Origin: Mobula hypostoma
Taxonomy: Eukaryota
Direction of reading: 5' to 3'
NCBI RefSeq assembly: GCF_963921235.1
Contig: NC_086097.1
Coordinates: 167,402,001-167,466,000, forward strand
DNA: 64,000 nucleotides
The stretch's first letter is position 1, and each line of letters starts with the position of its first letter. The notes under the pieces were generated by a model, which saw only the letters and a program-made list of their open reading frames with translations, made no database searches and had not been told where the DNA came from. A program made the position numbers and the translations under genes. This document shows, one piece after another, positions 51,610 through 63,329 of the stretch.

Positions 51610-52570
51610 TACATCAGGCTGCTGTATGTTGATTACAAATCAGCATTCAACACCATCATCCCTTCAGTATTAATCAACAAACTCCAAATCCTGGTCCTCT
51701 GTACCTCCCTCAGCAACTGGATCCTTGACTTCCTCATCAAGACACCACCATAAATGTGGACTGGAAACAACATCTCCTCTTCACTGACAATCAACACTGG
51801 CGCATTTCAGCGATGCATGCTTAGCCCTCTGCTCTGCTCTCCCTACACCTTTGACGATGTGTGTAGGCACAGCTCAAACACCATCTATAAATAACACAGC
51901 TATTCTTGACAGAGTTTCAGATGGTGACGAGGAGGCATACGGGAGTGAGATGGGTTATCTGGTTGAGTGGCATCAAAGCAACAACATTCCACTCAATGTC
52001 ATTCAGACAAAGGAATTGATTGTGGACTTCAGGAAGAGGAAGTCGAGGGAATACACTCCAGTCCTCTTTGAGGGATCCTCAGTAGAAAGGGTGAGCAGTT
52101 TCAAGATCCTGGGTGTCAACATCTCCGAAAATCTAGGCCCACATATTGATGCAAGGAAGGTACAACAGTGGCTATATTTCATTAGGAGTTTGAGCAGACT
52201 CGGTGTGTCACCAAGGACCCTTGCAAATTTCGACAGATGGACCCGTGGAGAGCATTCTATGTGGCTGTATCACCATCTGGTATGGAGACATCACTGCACA
52301 GGATCAGAAAAAGCTCAATCGTGAGCACTAGCCTCCCCAACATTGAGGTTATGTTCAAAAGGCAATGTCTCAAAAAGGCAGCATCCTTCAATAAGGACCC
52401 TTATCACCCTGGAAATGCCCTCCTTTCATTGTCACCATCAAGGAAGAGGTATAGGAGCCTGAAGACACACAGGAACAGCTTCTTCCCCTCCACTATCAGA
52501 TTTCTGAATGGATAATGAAACCATGTACACTACCCCACTATTTTTTTCTCTTTTTCGCTCTCTTTTTGCA
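51610..52570 (+). mobile_element. Old Rex1/Babar LINE fragment
   Basis: SAFNTII, WILDFL, LNVIQTKELIVDFRK, VERVSSFKILGVNI, NSFFPSTIRFLNG. Confidence 0.85.
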
Positions 52571-53197
52571 CTAACTTTATATATATAGTGTATTCATTAT
52601 TTGCACTACATGTCTGCACTGATCTTGTTCATTTACAGGCAATGCTGCATACATTGGGTGAATTCTTCGATTGATAATGATTAGGAACTAATACATAGTT
52701 TTATAGAGCTGTATCAATACTGGTAGTGTTATAATTTGTTCTGTATTTCATTTAGATGCATCATTTTTTACTCAGTTAAATGGTACTTTGTTTTCATGAA
52801 ACTTCATCTAATTTGGACAGCCACTTTATTGGGCCAAGATATACTGACCTTGATAAATTTCAAATTTTTCAAATTAACTGGAATCCACTGTATATTGTAA
52901 ACTGTAGTTTTTATATATATAAAAACTACAGAGAGAGAGAGAGAGAGAGTTAAGTATTGCAATGCACTGCTGCCACATAACAACAAATTCCATGATATAT
53001 GCCCGTGATATTAAACCTGATTCTGATTCACAAGAGAGAGACCTGCTAGTCTAGAGTATTAATTTAAAACCCAACCCAAATCCTAGTGTGAAGCCAACTA
53101 ATCAAGTCCAAAACAAGCCATAAGATTTTTGCCCAGAAGTCAGTTCCCAGCTATATAATTTGCTATGGTATGGAAGTAAAAAGCTAGTCTACTGCCC

Positions 53198-53482
53198 TCA
53201 CAGTGTGCGTGTGCAAAACTAAGAAGAGAGTTAAAGACCTTCTCAAAAATCACTGAAGCTAGAAGCTTCTTTCAGGGAATTTGACAAGGTATGAAATCTT
53301 ACTTGTTGTTTCAAGGGCAAATAAAGAGGAAATGGAGATGCATGTCTTTCTACATCGTGTGCTTCAAGTCGAAAAATTAACCCACCCGGGAAATCATATA
53401 AAAAACAGCTTACGTAGAGGAAGTGAAATTCATACAAACTGAACTGCTTACAAAACGAACTGCGCCTCTAGAGGCCGGAACA
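53198..53482 (-). repeat. 3' LTR of the BEL/Pao element
   Basis: Direct repeat of 55425-55698 (shared blocks accttctcaaaaatcac, tgtttcaagggcaaat, atgtctttctaca, aaacagcttac, cctctagaggcc). Confidence 0.85.
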
Positions 53483-55424
53483 CTCCCCGGCTGGCATCCA
53501 TGGGGTGTCAACTTAACCACTGAACCTAAAAGTCAAATAACATTTCATTATGTCTTTGGCAAAAGAAGGACAGTCTTGGAAACTGGTTTTGAAAACAGTC
53601 CTACTGCGCAGTTTTTAACCAGAATGATGATTCGGTGAGGTATCTCTGAAGTGAGCTGTGTCCTCTTAATCCATCCTCCAACTCACAGTAGCCCCTCAGA
53701 GTCGAGAAAGGGACAGAGTTCACTCGGGTAACTTTGGATTGGGAGAGGCTCCTACTTCGTGATGCGCTGCACTTCCTCCGCATGCAAATGTCTTCAAACA
53801 ACAGGAAGGATTCGAACCTTTGCCTAATTAAGTTACTCAGCGTTGAGAGGTTGCTGACAAATGTGCCAACCACTACAGGGACTTTCATGGCTACTCCTTC
53901 AATCTTCTCTTTCATATAGGTACCACTTCCACGGGGCCTGAAGTGACTTCGGCGCCCGTTCTCCAGGACACGAGTGTTAAGTGCGCTGACAGTGGGCTGA
54001 TGAGGACTATCAAGGCAGACTTTACCTCCTCTCACCCAACCCAGGACCAGTCATTGGGCATAATGTGCCTCGTGCCAACCATTGTGCATAGATGGGGTCT
54101 CCGCAAAGCAGCAGAAGAGTTGGTGGGGGGAGGGGAAGGGGGGATGGGGTTCTTGTCAGCTTAAAGTTTGAATGACTGTGCCGTTTCAGGATTTGGATTT
54201 CATCCCTATTGTTGGGAATATGGTCGCACTCTACGAAGGTTGACAAGGGTAAGCAGATTTCACCTCTTATTGGTTCCATGACAAATCCACTGGCTATTCA
54301 TCCAGAAACTTCTGATGTTCCAGAACATTTGTATGAGGAAGTAGCTACATCTGACAGGTGCTCAGCTGGTTCTCCGCTGTGCTCCTACACAGTTGTGCTA
54401 GAACCAGTAGTAGCCCGCCCAAGGTGCTGGCCCTGAATCTACAGCTGTATCTGGGCCTTATTCTTCTGTAGTGCCAATAGGTTCTTTGCTGTTTCCTGGA
54501 GACAACTGGTGCTTGCTACACCATGTGTCCATCTGTTTTCTACAATATATCATTACTGTTTCTCCAGTTCACCTTGCTGCCGTCCCCAGATTCCTCACCA
54601 CTCTCCAGATGACTGTCTTGTCTACATTTGAAGGCTTCTCCGGCCAGATTCAGCATCTCACTCAAACTGTTGTCCAATTGGTGATTTATCACCACAGCCT
54701 GGTGCAGCGAGTGAGGGCCGTGCAGTTGGTTTTGTAGTAGCTTCTGTTGAAAGGTGAGCCACTGATGCACACAGTGCACTGTTCAGCCTTGTCTGCTCTT
54801 ATTAACTGGTGAACACCCACGTTTTCCAATTTGGGTGACCTTTGGCACTTCTCACTTTCTACCTTAAATGAGGGTTCATCTTTCTTTAGGTTTGAATCTG
54901 AAGCAAAGAATACAAGTTCAAGAGGAGGACTGGGGAGAAATATGCTGTGAAGCATGACAGGAAGCTGGTTCCTATCTTTGTCTACTAGTTTCATTTCACC
55001 GCCTGTAGAGCAACATGTCATATTAGAGGACTTGAACTCAGTCATGTTCCCAGAGAGACAATCAACACTAAGTCAGCTGCTACCTCGTACACCCTCGCCT
55101 CTGCTTCACGCTTCCCCCTAGAGCATCCTCAGTGTAGCCTGTACGTAAGGTTTCTCCATCTCTGTGCCAGCTTTCTCCATTTGCACTTCAACTTTGTGCT
55201 CAGCATACTCTGCTCTCCTTTTTGTTGCTTCAGCTGTGGCGCAGGGTCGTGCAGCGGCTATACAAATTGTGGCTTTGCAAAGGCACGATCGATGCCCAGA
55301 TCAGAAGCTGACATTCTGCCCCGACTTCCAGAACTCAGCGATCGACATTGCCCAGATCAGAAGCTGACATTCTTGTGTACGGCGTCCAGTCCACAGGCGA
55401 TGCTTTTGAAGATGAGTTATCTTT

Positions 55425-55698
55425 TCACAGTGCACTCGTGCTCCCTTCACAAGGGAGTTAAACACCTTCTCAAAAATCACCTGAGCTGGAAGCTTTCTTC
55501 AGTGCTGTTAATGAGAACTTATTTGTGAAAAGATATTGCTGTTTCAAGGGCAAATGAAGAGGGGGTGGATGTCTTTCTACACAGTGTGCTCCAAGTTGAG
55601 ATCCAAGTTAATTCACAAAGGATGTGATATAAGAAACAGCTTACATACAGGAAGCGATGTTCATACAAAATGAACTGCACCTCTAGAGGCCAAGAACA
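55425..55698 (-). repeat. 5' LTR of the BEL/Pao element
   Basis: Direct repeat of 53198-53482; starts TGT on the minus strand; followed by GTGAAAAGA at the start of the internal region. Confidence 0.85.
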
Positions 55699-57449
55699 GC
55701 TGGTGAAGCCAGAGTAGGCCATTTAAGGAGAAATACATAGTAGAAAGGAACAGAAAAGCTTGTTGTCCAGATGAGATGAAAGTAGGTATAGAAAGAACAT
55801 AGAACTGTACAACACTGGAACATCTCCATTGGCCCACGATGTTATGCCAGTCTAATTTAACTAGTGATTAAACACCTCACTAAACTAATCCTTTCTGCCA
55901 ACACAAGGTCCATATTCCTCCATTCTCTACAAATTAATGTGCCCATCTAAGAACTTCTTGAATGTTTGCCTCTACCATCACCCTTAGATCGCTTTCCAGA
56001 CACCCACCATTCTCTGTGTACAAAGCTGACCCCATACTTCTCCTTTGGAATTACCCCCCTCACCTCTCTCTAGTATCAGATATTTCAACTTGGCAAAAGG
56101 ATACCGGCTACCTACGCTGTCCAAGTCTCTCATAATCCTAGAAATTTTTATCAGATCCCTAAGCCTTAACTGCACCAGAGAAAACATCTCAAGTTTGTCC
56201 TCCCTTTCTTGTAGCATATACCACATAATGCAAGAATAATCCACATGTGGATTATTTATTAATGTCAAATAGATCAGTTGGACAAAATCATGTGTTTTTA
56301 AGCAATTAAAACTTAGAAACATATGCAATAGTTTCAAGCAGGTGAAATCCTACAGTCCCTCTAGCCCGTCCTTCAACAATATTTTCCTGGAATATCTTTC
56401 TGATAACCTTCAATCTCATTTGTTAACAATTACCTGCAAGTTCCTTTTTGAAGCACTTTATTGTTCTTTTATTGACCACTCATACTACACACCAACTTTC
56501 CTTTCAGTGTGAAAGTATCTCATGCTTTTTCCATGTTTTTAACTCTCTCCTTAATTTGTAAATTCGTTTTGTGTTGACATTCAAAGTGCAGCAGTAATCT
56601 TCACTCACATCCCATTTATCCCAACTTTCCATAATTTAGACCAATTTCACCATATTCCTTGCCTAATCTTTCAAGATCAGGCTGGTTAATCTTTCTTCAA
56701 ACGTCATCCCCTTGAGTTCTAGGATCAACTTTATAGCCCTGATCTTTATAGCTGCCAATATCTTTTGAAATGAGAAGCCTTAAGCTACCAGATGTGGTTT
56801 CATCAGGGCCAAATACAAACTTGAAGTCGTTTCTTCAGAGTCATAAACTAATCCGCTACATGGAACGCCAACATTTGGTTGCTCCCCCAGCCACAGGATA
56901 TGTTGAATGGAGATTAAAATGCTAGATCATAATCCAAACGTCTGCATGCGAGACAAAACTTGAAAGTGTACTAATTGACTTTAAGGAGATACAGACACAA
57001 TAGGGGAATGGACAGCTAGGTGGCAGATGAAATTTAATGCTGAGTGTTTATATTTGGGAGGAGGGAGGAAAAGAGGCAAGATAAGCTAGAGAGCACTCTT
57101 CTAAGCAGGAACAAGATCAAAATGTACTAGCAGAGCAAGTTGAGAAAGTGACTAACAAAGTATATGGGATTCTGGGCTTTACAAATGAAGCCCATGGTGA
57201 ACCTTTAGAAAACTCGGCTTCTTGGTGCCATGCTTTAGTAAAAATATAAAAGCTTTAGATATTTACTAAAGTGAATCTGAGAGTATGTGGATTGACTAGT
57301 GAGGTTAGGATTATTCTCCTTTGAAATGAAAAGACTGGGGAATAATAGAAGGATTTAGACAAAGTGCGTAGAAAGAGGCTATTGGTATTAGTATTGACTT
57401 ATTGTTGTCATGTGTACTAAGATGCAGTGAACAATTTTACATGTCATCC

Positions 57450-57714
57450 GGGTGTATCACCGTAGCATAGTAGTTAGTACAACGCTTTACAGTACCGGTA
57501 AGCCGGGTTCAATTCCCTTCACTGTCTGTAAAGAGTCTGTACATTCACCCGGGGCCATGTGGATTTCCTCCCACAGTCCAAAGACGTATCAGTTGGTAAG
57601 TTAATTGGTTATTGTAAATTGTCCCATAATTAGGCTAGGATTAAATTGGGGAACTGCTTGGTGGCGCAGCTCAAAGGGCCAGAAGAGCCTATTCCACGTT
57701 GTATCTCAATAAAA
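57450..57714 (+). mobile_element. tRNA-derived V-SINE (HE1-like)
   Basis: A-box-like GTAGCATAGTAGTT, B-box GGGTTCAATTCC (57505), V-domain-like tgtctgtaaagagt..tttcctcccacagtccaaagacgt..ttaattgg..tgtaaattgtccc, CR1-like 3' end gggccagaagagcctattcc. Confidence 0.85.
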
Positions 57715-57904
57715 TTTTTAAAATTTAAAAATCATACTGTATAAGAAAAACAGGTTGTGGAATTTGGTCATAAGGTCCTTTGTTCCATCTAGTCCATGCC
57801 AAACCATTATTCTGCCTAGTGCTATTGACCCACACCTGGACCATGGTCCTCCATACCTCACCCATCCATGTACTTATCCAAACTTCTCTTAAATATTGCA
57901 ATCA

Positions 57905-58375
57905 ATCAATTTTCCATCCTTGGACTCACTTTACACCGCACGCTGTCAGAGCAGTGCTGCTAGGATAATCAAGGACACGACCCACACAGCCAGCACACTT
58001 TTTGTCGCTCTTCCCTCCAGGAGAAGGCTCAGGAGCTTGAAGACTCGTACGGCCAGATTTGGAAACAGCCTCTTTCCAGCTGTGATAAGACTGCTAAATA
58101 GATCCTGACCCGGATCGGGGCTGTACCCTCCAAATATCCGGACCTGCCTCTCAGTTTTTTTGCACTACCTTACTTTCCATTTTTCTATTTTCTATTTATA
58201 ATTTATAATTTAAATTTTTAATGTTTACTAATTTTTACTATTTTTAATGCTTTTAATATTTAATATTTGTAATCCAGGGAGCAGGAAGTGCAGAATCAAA
58301 TATCGCTGTGATGATTGTACGTTTTAGTATCAATTGTTCGGCAACAATGAAGTATAAAGTAAAGTACAGTAAAGT
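57905..58375 (+). mobile_element. Rex1/Babar 3' fragment with (AAAGT)n tail, inserted in a CR1 3' relic (~57740-58620, -)
   Basis: LYTARCQSSAARIIKDTTH..LPSRRRLRSLKTRTARFGNSLFPAVIRLLN; tail aagtataaagtaaagtacagtaaagt. Confidence 0.85.
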
Positions 58376-59039
58376 ATCCATCACTTCCACTGACAGCTCA
58401 TTCCACATTGCGCCATCCTTTAAGTGAAGAAGTTTCTCCCAGGTTCCCCTTAAATATTTCTAACTCAACCTCAGTGGAAAAAGTCTGCTTGCATTTATCC
58501 TACCTATACCCATCATAATTTAGATATCTCCATTAAATTTCCTCATTCTTTAACACTCCAGGAATAAGTACCTAACTTATTCAGCCTTACCCCATAACTC
58601 AGGTCCTCAAGTCCCAGCAAATGTTGTGTTCCAGTTACAGAGAAAGTGCATAGCAGGTAATCAATGAAGTGTAAGGGTTGCAACAATGTAGACTGGGAGA
58701 TCATGAATTATCCTCAGCATTTGAGAAGTCCATTCAAGAGGCATGAATATGTAAAGGGAGAAGACAGGGAAGTAGGACTATCTGGACAGCATTTAGAGAG
58801 AGCAGGGATGGGTTCAATATTTTGTCATTTTATGATTTGATAATGGTCTGGGGCATCAATTTACACCCTCCATGATGGTCAGGGAACTTGAATTCAGCGT
58901 TTCAGATAAAAATGTAAACAGCAACTGGATTAATGTTAAAACTCACTTGGTAGACCAGTGTTATGTGATTGTAGATCCACCAATGTCTCCTAACAGCCCT
59001 CCGGAGTGCCCTAGTAACCACTGTGTTCAGGAGCTTTAA

Positions 59040-59350
59040 GATTTAAAATGTGCATTATTTATCACATACATAAAAACATACAGTGAAGTGTGTTGTTTGC
59101 ATCGAGGATGTGCTGCGGGCAGTCCACAAGGGTCATCCCACTTCCAGCATAAGCATAGCATGCCCACAATTTACTAACCCTGACCTGTACATCTTTGGAA
59201 TGTGCAAAGAAACTGGAATACCTGGAGGAAGCCCACACGGTCACAGGGAGAACATACAAACTCTTTACAGTCAGCCACAGGAATTGAACCCCAGTCTCTC
59301 AGCCGGCAATGTAAAGTGCTACGCTTACTGTTATGCTTACAGCATAACAC
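59040..59350 (-). mobile_element. tRNA-derived V-SINE with a different 3' tail
   Basis: Minus strand B-box GGGGTTCAATTCC, then ctgtaaagagtttgtatgttctccctgtgaccgtgtgggcttcctcc..cacattccaaagatgt. Confidence 0.8.
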
Positions 59351-59429
59351 TGTTAAGCTGCTCCAGCTGCATCCCAAAAACCAAAGACAAAATGTACAAT
59401 TGTCATGTTGATAGTTTTAATGACATATC

Positions 59430-60098
59430 AGGACAGCTCTAAGAACTCCTTCCTGCTCCAGTAGTCCAATTACTGGCAGCCCATGGACCTAACAATTCCA
59501 AGCAGTGACCAAATTCTGATCCCAGTAATGGAATCCAGTTTTGCAGACTTGCAGTACTCGAGTAGTAAAAGACTACTCGTTCACCCAGTATTCAACATAC
59601 CACAAGCTCTCTCTCTCCCTAATAAGGGAGAAAGAGGTGTCTCCATTTCACAACGAGAGGGGAGACATAACAAACAACTCGCTGGTTTACGAAGTTAAAA
59701 GTCTGTTGCGAAGCTTTTTCCAAGCTCTGTGCCCAAAGATCTCAAGTCTCCGGGCACACAGCCTTACATCTTCCGACTCCCATAACACACCAATCTCCTG
59801 CCCCGACACTGACCTTCAATCCCCCCGTCTCCAAAGCCAAGAAATCTCGGACTTCCGAAGCCCAGTGAAGCTCTTAGCCCACGTGCTTGGCGTACCGAAT
59901 AATAGCCAGTTGTGAAACCCCGAGAGCGGGTCCCATTCTTGTAAAGAACCATAGTCAGCGTGAAACACCAGGTCAGGGTCTTCAAAAGAGCCCTGAAAGG
60001 GAAAAAGAGAGATATTAAAGACAGAAATAGAGCTGTTTCTGAAGACGCAAGCAAAGGAGTCGCTGTTAGGCGCCATTGATTCTCCTAAGCTCCTCCTT
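59430..60098. mobile_element. CpG-rich non-coding interspersed element (unclassified)
   Basis: Abrupt GC/CpG-rich block without a recognisable ORF; resembles a retroposon 5' region on the minus strand. Confidence 0.4.
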
Positions 60099-60119
60099 TT
60101 CAAAGAAACCTCAAAGATA

Positions 60120-60405
60120 AAATCACACATATCCTGTCCCATTTAAGATATCACAAAGAAATGTGGTACTTTTCTGATGATGGAAATTCAGCAGTTAATT
60201 TGTACACAGCAAACTCCCAAAATCTGTAATTATCCTGTATGCCCAGATCCTCAGTTTTATTGATGTTGATTAATGGATAAATAGTTACAGTACTATGAAA
60301 AGCAGCACCTCTAGCAGGTGTGACACTCTCTCACTGCCACACTGAGGATTGTTGCCATCAAGTCTCTGGAATGGGACTTAAACCCAGAATCTTCTTATCA
60401 AGAGA
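60120..60405 (-). mobile_element. Old Deu-domain SINE relic (SacSINE1/AmnSINE-like)
   Basis: agcagcacctct..gtgacactctctcactgccacactg..caagtctctggaatgggacttaaaccca resembles the DeuSINE tRNA head and Deu domain in reverse. Confidence 0.55.
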
Positions 60406-60955
60406 GTTCCATGTGTAACAAGACATTGGTCAGGCTGTATTTAGAATAATGTGGTCAGTTTTGGTAACCCTGATATGGGAAAAAGTGCTATTAAGCAGGA
60501 AAGAGTACAAAGGAGATTTACAAGGATGTGGCTGGAACTCAAGAGCCAAAGTTATAGAGAGAGGTTGAGCAAACTGGAAGAATTTTTCGTTAGAGCATAG
60601 ACGATTGAGAGATGTATGAAATTATGAGCAGCATAGTTAGAATGAATGTGCAGTCTTTTTGCCCAGAGTGGGGGAATTAACGACTGGAGTGAGAGGAGAG
60701 CAATGGAATAGGAATCTGAGGGACTTTTTTTTTCATCCAAAAGGAGGTCAAGATATGGAATGAGCTGCTGAAGGAAGAGCTTGAGGCTGGTACATTAACA
60801 TTTAAAAGGTGCTTGGACAAAACTATGGACGGGAAATTTTTAGAGGGACATGGACCAAATGCGGACAAAGGAAACCGGCTTAGAATGGAACCTCAGTTGG
60901 CATGTATCAGTTGGGCCAAAAGGGCCTGTTTTCTTGCTGTATGACTCAATGAATC
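60406..60955 (+). mobile_element. CR1 3' relic
   Basis: KTLVRLYLE-like, ERVQRRFTRM, gggccaaaagggcctgttttcttgctgtatgactc 3' end. Confidence 0.85.
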
Positions 60956-61925
60956 CACAACTCTACCCAATATATAAATGAAAATGAGTATCAGGATTGT
61001 ATGTGGTATCATATATGCACTTTGATAATAAATTTACTTTGAACTTTAAATAAGTTTTACAACAGATGGGAAGGTGAGATGAGTTGAGTTCCAGCAACAT
61101 CCTTGTAAATCTCCTTTGTACTCTTTCCTGCTTAATAGCACTTTTTCCCATATAGGTAGGCAGATGGGTTTTGGCCCAAAACATCGACTGTACAATTTTC
61201 CATAGATGCTGCCTGGCCTGCTGAGTTCCTCCGGTATTTTGTGTGTGTTTTGCAACTAGATGATCTTTTAGGTAGGAGGATTGAAAACTAACATGAAAAG
61301 AGATTTAAATTCAGAATTATTATGACTTCAAAGAAAACAAAATATATTTTTGTGTCCTAATCAGAAAATGGACCAGAAAGAAGGATTGCTTTTATCCAGT
61401 CAGCATATGGACAATGGACCAAATTGCCTCCTTCAATTTAAGATGATTCTATAACAGAATACAGGCATTCCCTGTGCCGCTCATACACCTCCACAATACT
61501 TTCAAACACGTAATTCTAGTGTCAGAGAAATAACATTGAAGTGATTTGATTTTACTGAGACCAATTATGTTTCACAACTCATACTTCAGCAAGGACCTTG
61601 AGCCTGTTTGCATTCTGGATATTGCAGAATAATGATTCTGGTGTTCCAATAATACTTGTCATCAGCACATTATTATGGATCCATATCACTTTATTTAAGT
61701 GTTCCAAAGATAAAATTACATAGCTCTGCCAGTTTGAAGCTATTGTGCAGTCATTTGTTTCAGGCAGTTCAGGACTAATTTGTGAAGATAATTACTCCAA
61801 ATTGGAATTCTGAGAGGTAGTGTGGGTCAATCATCATTTAACCAGTGTATTCCTGATCATTGCTGATATTTCAGATAATTACACCCTGAATTACAATATC
61901 TGATTACATTCCTCGTACATACTAA

Positions 61926-62185
61926 CAGTGGCCACTTTATTAGGTACCTCCTGTACCTAATAAAGTGGCCACTGAGTGTATGCTCACAGTCGTCTTTTGT
62001 TGTAGCCCATCCACTTCAAGGTTTGACATGTTGTACGTTCAGAGATACTCTTCTGCACACCACTGTTGTAATGCATGGTTATTTGAGTTACTGTAACCTT
62101 CTTATCAGCTTGAACTAGTCTGGCCATTTTCCTCTGACCTCTCTCATCAACAAAGTATTATCACCCACAGAACTGTTTCACAGGA
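61926..62185 (-). mobile_element. Tc1-like non-autonomous element end: TIR palindrome plus transposase HTH remnant
   Basis: Perfect 22-bp inverted repeat 61926-61947/61953-61974; minus frame VDERGQRKMARLVQADKKVTVTQITMHYNSGVQKSISERTTCQTLKWMGY (Tc1/Tc3 second HTH). Confidence 0.85.
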
Positions 62186-62191
62186 AACAGT

Positions 62192-63237
62192 TATAGTCAT
62201 AGAGTCATAGAGAAGTACAGCACAGAAACAGGCCCTTTGGCCTTTCTGAAATCATTTAAACACTCTACACCCATCGACCTGCACTGGGATAATCGCCTTC
62301 CATACTCCTACTATTCACTTACCTAACCAAACTTCCCTTCAACATCAAAATCGAGCTCACAGGCACTACTAGTGCTGGCAGCTCATTCCACACTCTCGTG
62401 ATCCTCTGAGTAAGAAGTTTCCCTTCATGTTCTCCTTAAACTTCTCACCTGACACCTGTAACCCATGACCTGCTTGCATTTCCCTATCTATAGCCCTCAT
62501 AATTTTGTATACCTCTATCAAATCTTCTCTCAGTCTTCTATATTCTAAAGAATACAGTCATAACCTATTCAAACTTTTCTTATAACTCAGAGTTAGCCAC
62601 ATCCTACCCAGTTTCATTCCCTTATAGCAGATCCAGTATTGCACGCTCTCTCATTTTGACTTCTACTTTCCTGCACATATTTGACAAACTCTATCCCATC
62701 TAGTCTATCCCATACTTTTACAGTATGGAAGTCCCAGTCAATATGTGAAAAGTTAAAATTATCTACTATAACAATATTATCTTTCTTGCAATAATTTGCG
62801 ATCTCTTTACAAATTTGTTCTTCTAAATCCCTACGACTGTTGGGTGGTCTGTAATACAGCTGCCTTAACATGGTCATACCTTTCTTATTTCTCAGTTCCA
62901 CCCATAACACCTCGCTACTCGACTTCTCCCGTCCATCCGAATGGATCACTGCCGTGATATTTTCCATGACTGGTAATACCATCCCTCCCGCTCTGTCACA
63001 TCTAAAACAACAGAAACCCAGAATACTGAGCTGCCAGTCCTGCCCCTCCTGCAACCAATCTGTCTTTCCCATGATACTTTTTGCGTTGAAATATATGCAG
63101 CTCAGGACAGTAGTCGCACCAAGCTCAACCTTTTGATTCTTGACTTTGTCTGAGGTCTTGCCAACATATGCCTCCACAACCTCTCCACTACCTGTTCTGG
63201 TACTCTGATTCCCATCCCCCTGCAACTCTAGTTTAAA
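62192..63237 (-). mobile_element. CR1 deletion derivative (ORF2 start/EN joined to 3' end)
   Basis: CIYFNAKSI, LWVELRNKKG..YYRPPNS..DNFNFSHIDW, then directly the 3' terminal region with a catagagtcatagag tail. Confidence 0.88.
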
Positions 63238-63329
63238 TCTAGGATGTTTTTATTGGGTTTTTTTTTTGCATTATTCTCTGTAAACCCTAGAGACAGTACT
63301 GAAAATGCCAAGAAACCAGCAGTTTCTGA

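Larger units (their letters stand above)
53198..55698 (-). mobile_element. BEL/Pao LTR retrotransposon, heavily internally deleted (2.5 kb), both LTRs retained
   Basis: LTRs start TGTTC at 55698 and 53482; PPT GCCAGCCGGGGAG abuts the 3' LTR. Minus-strand remnants, with stops and frameshifts, in canonical order: gag coiled coil (AAARPCATAEAT..RAEYAEHKVEVQMEKA..QATLRML..EAEARVYEVAA), Cys-rich knuckle-like (CTVCISGS..NCTALTRC), protease-downstream region (SGFVMEPIRGEICLPLSTFVECDHIPNNRDEI; YAQ*LVLGWVRGGKVCL..RVLENGRRSHFRP), post-RNase H (RQRFESF; PFLDSEGLL*VGGW), pol C-terminus (FSKPVSKTVLLLPKT*). Confidence 0.85.

Noticed and set aside
53601..55045. ORFs 53601-54035 and 54689-55045 as a host gene or endogenous virus
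   Set aside because: Explained as frameshifted BEL/Pao gag-pol remnants between two LTRs.
53185..55710. Target-site duplication for the BEL element
   Set aside because: The flanks do not match and the exact LTR 3' end is ambiguous, so no TSD is claimed.
57450..57520. tRNA gene
   Set aside because: A/B boxes are present but there is no cloverleaf; the sequence continues into a SINE body.
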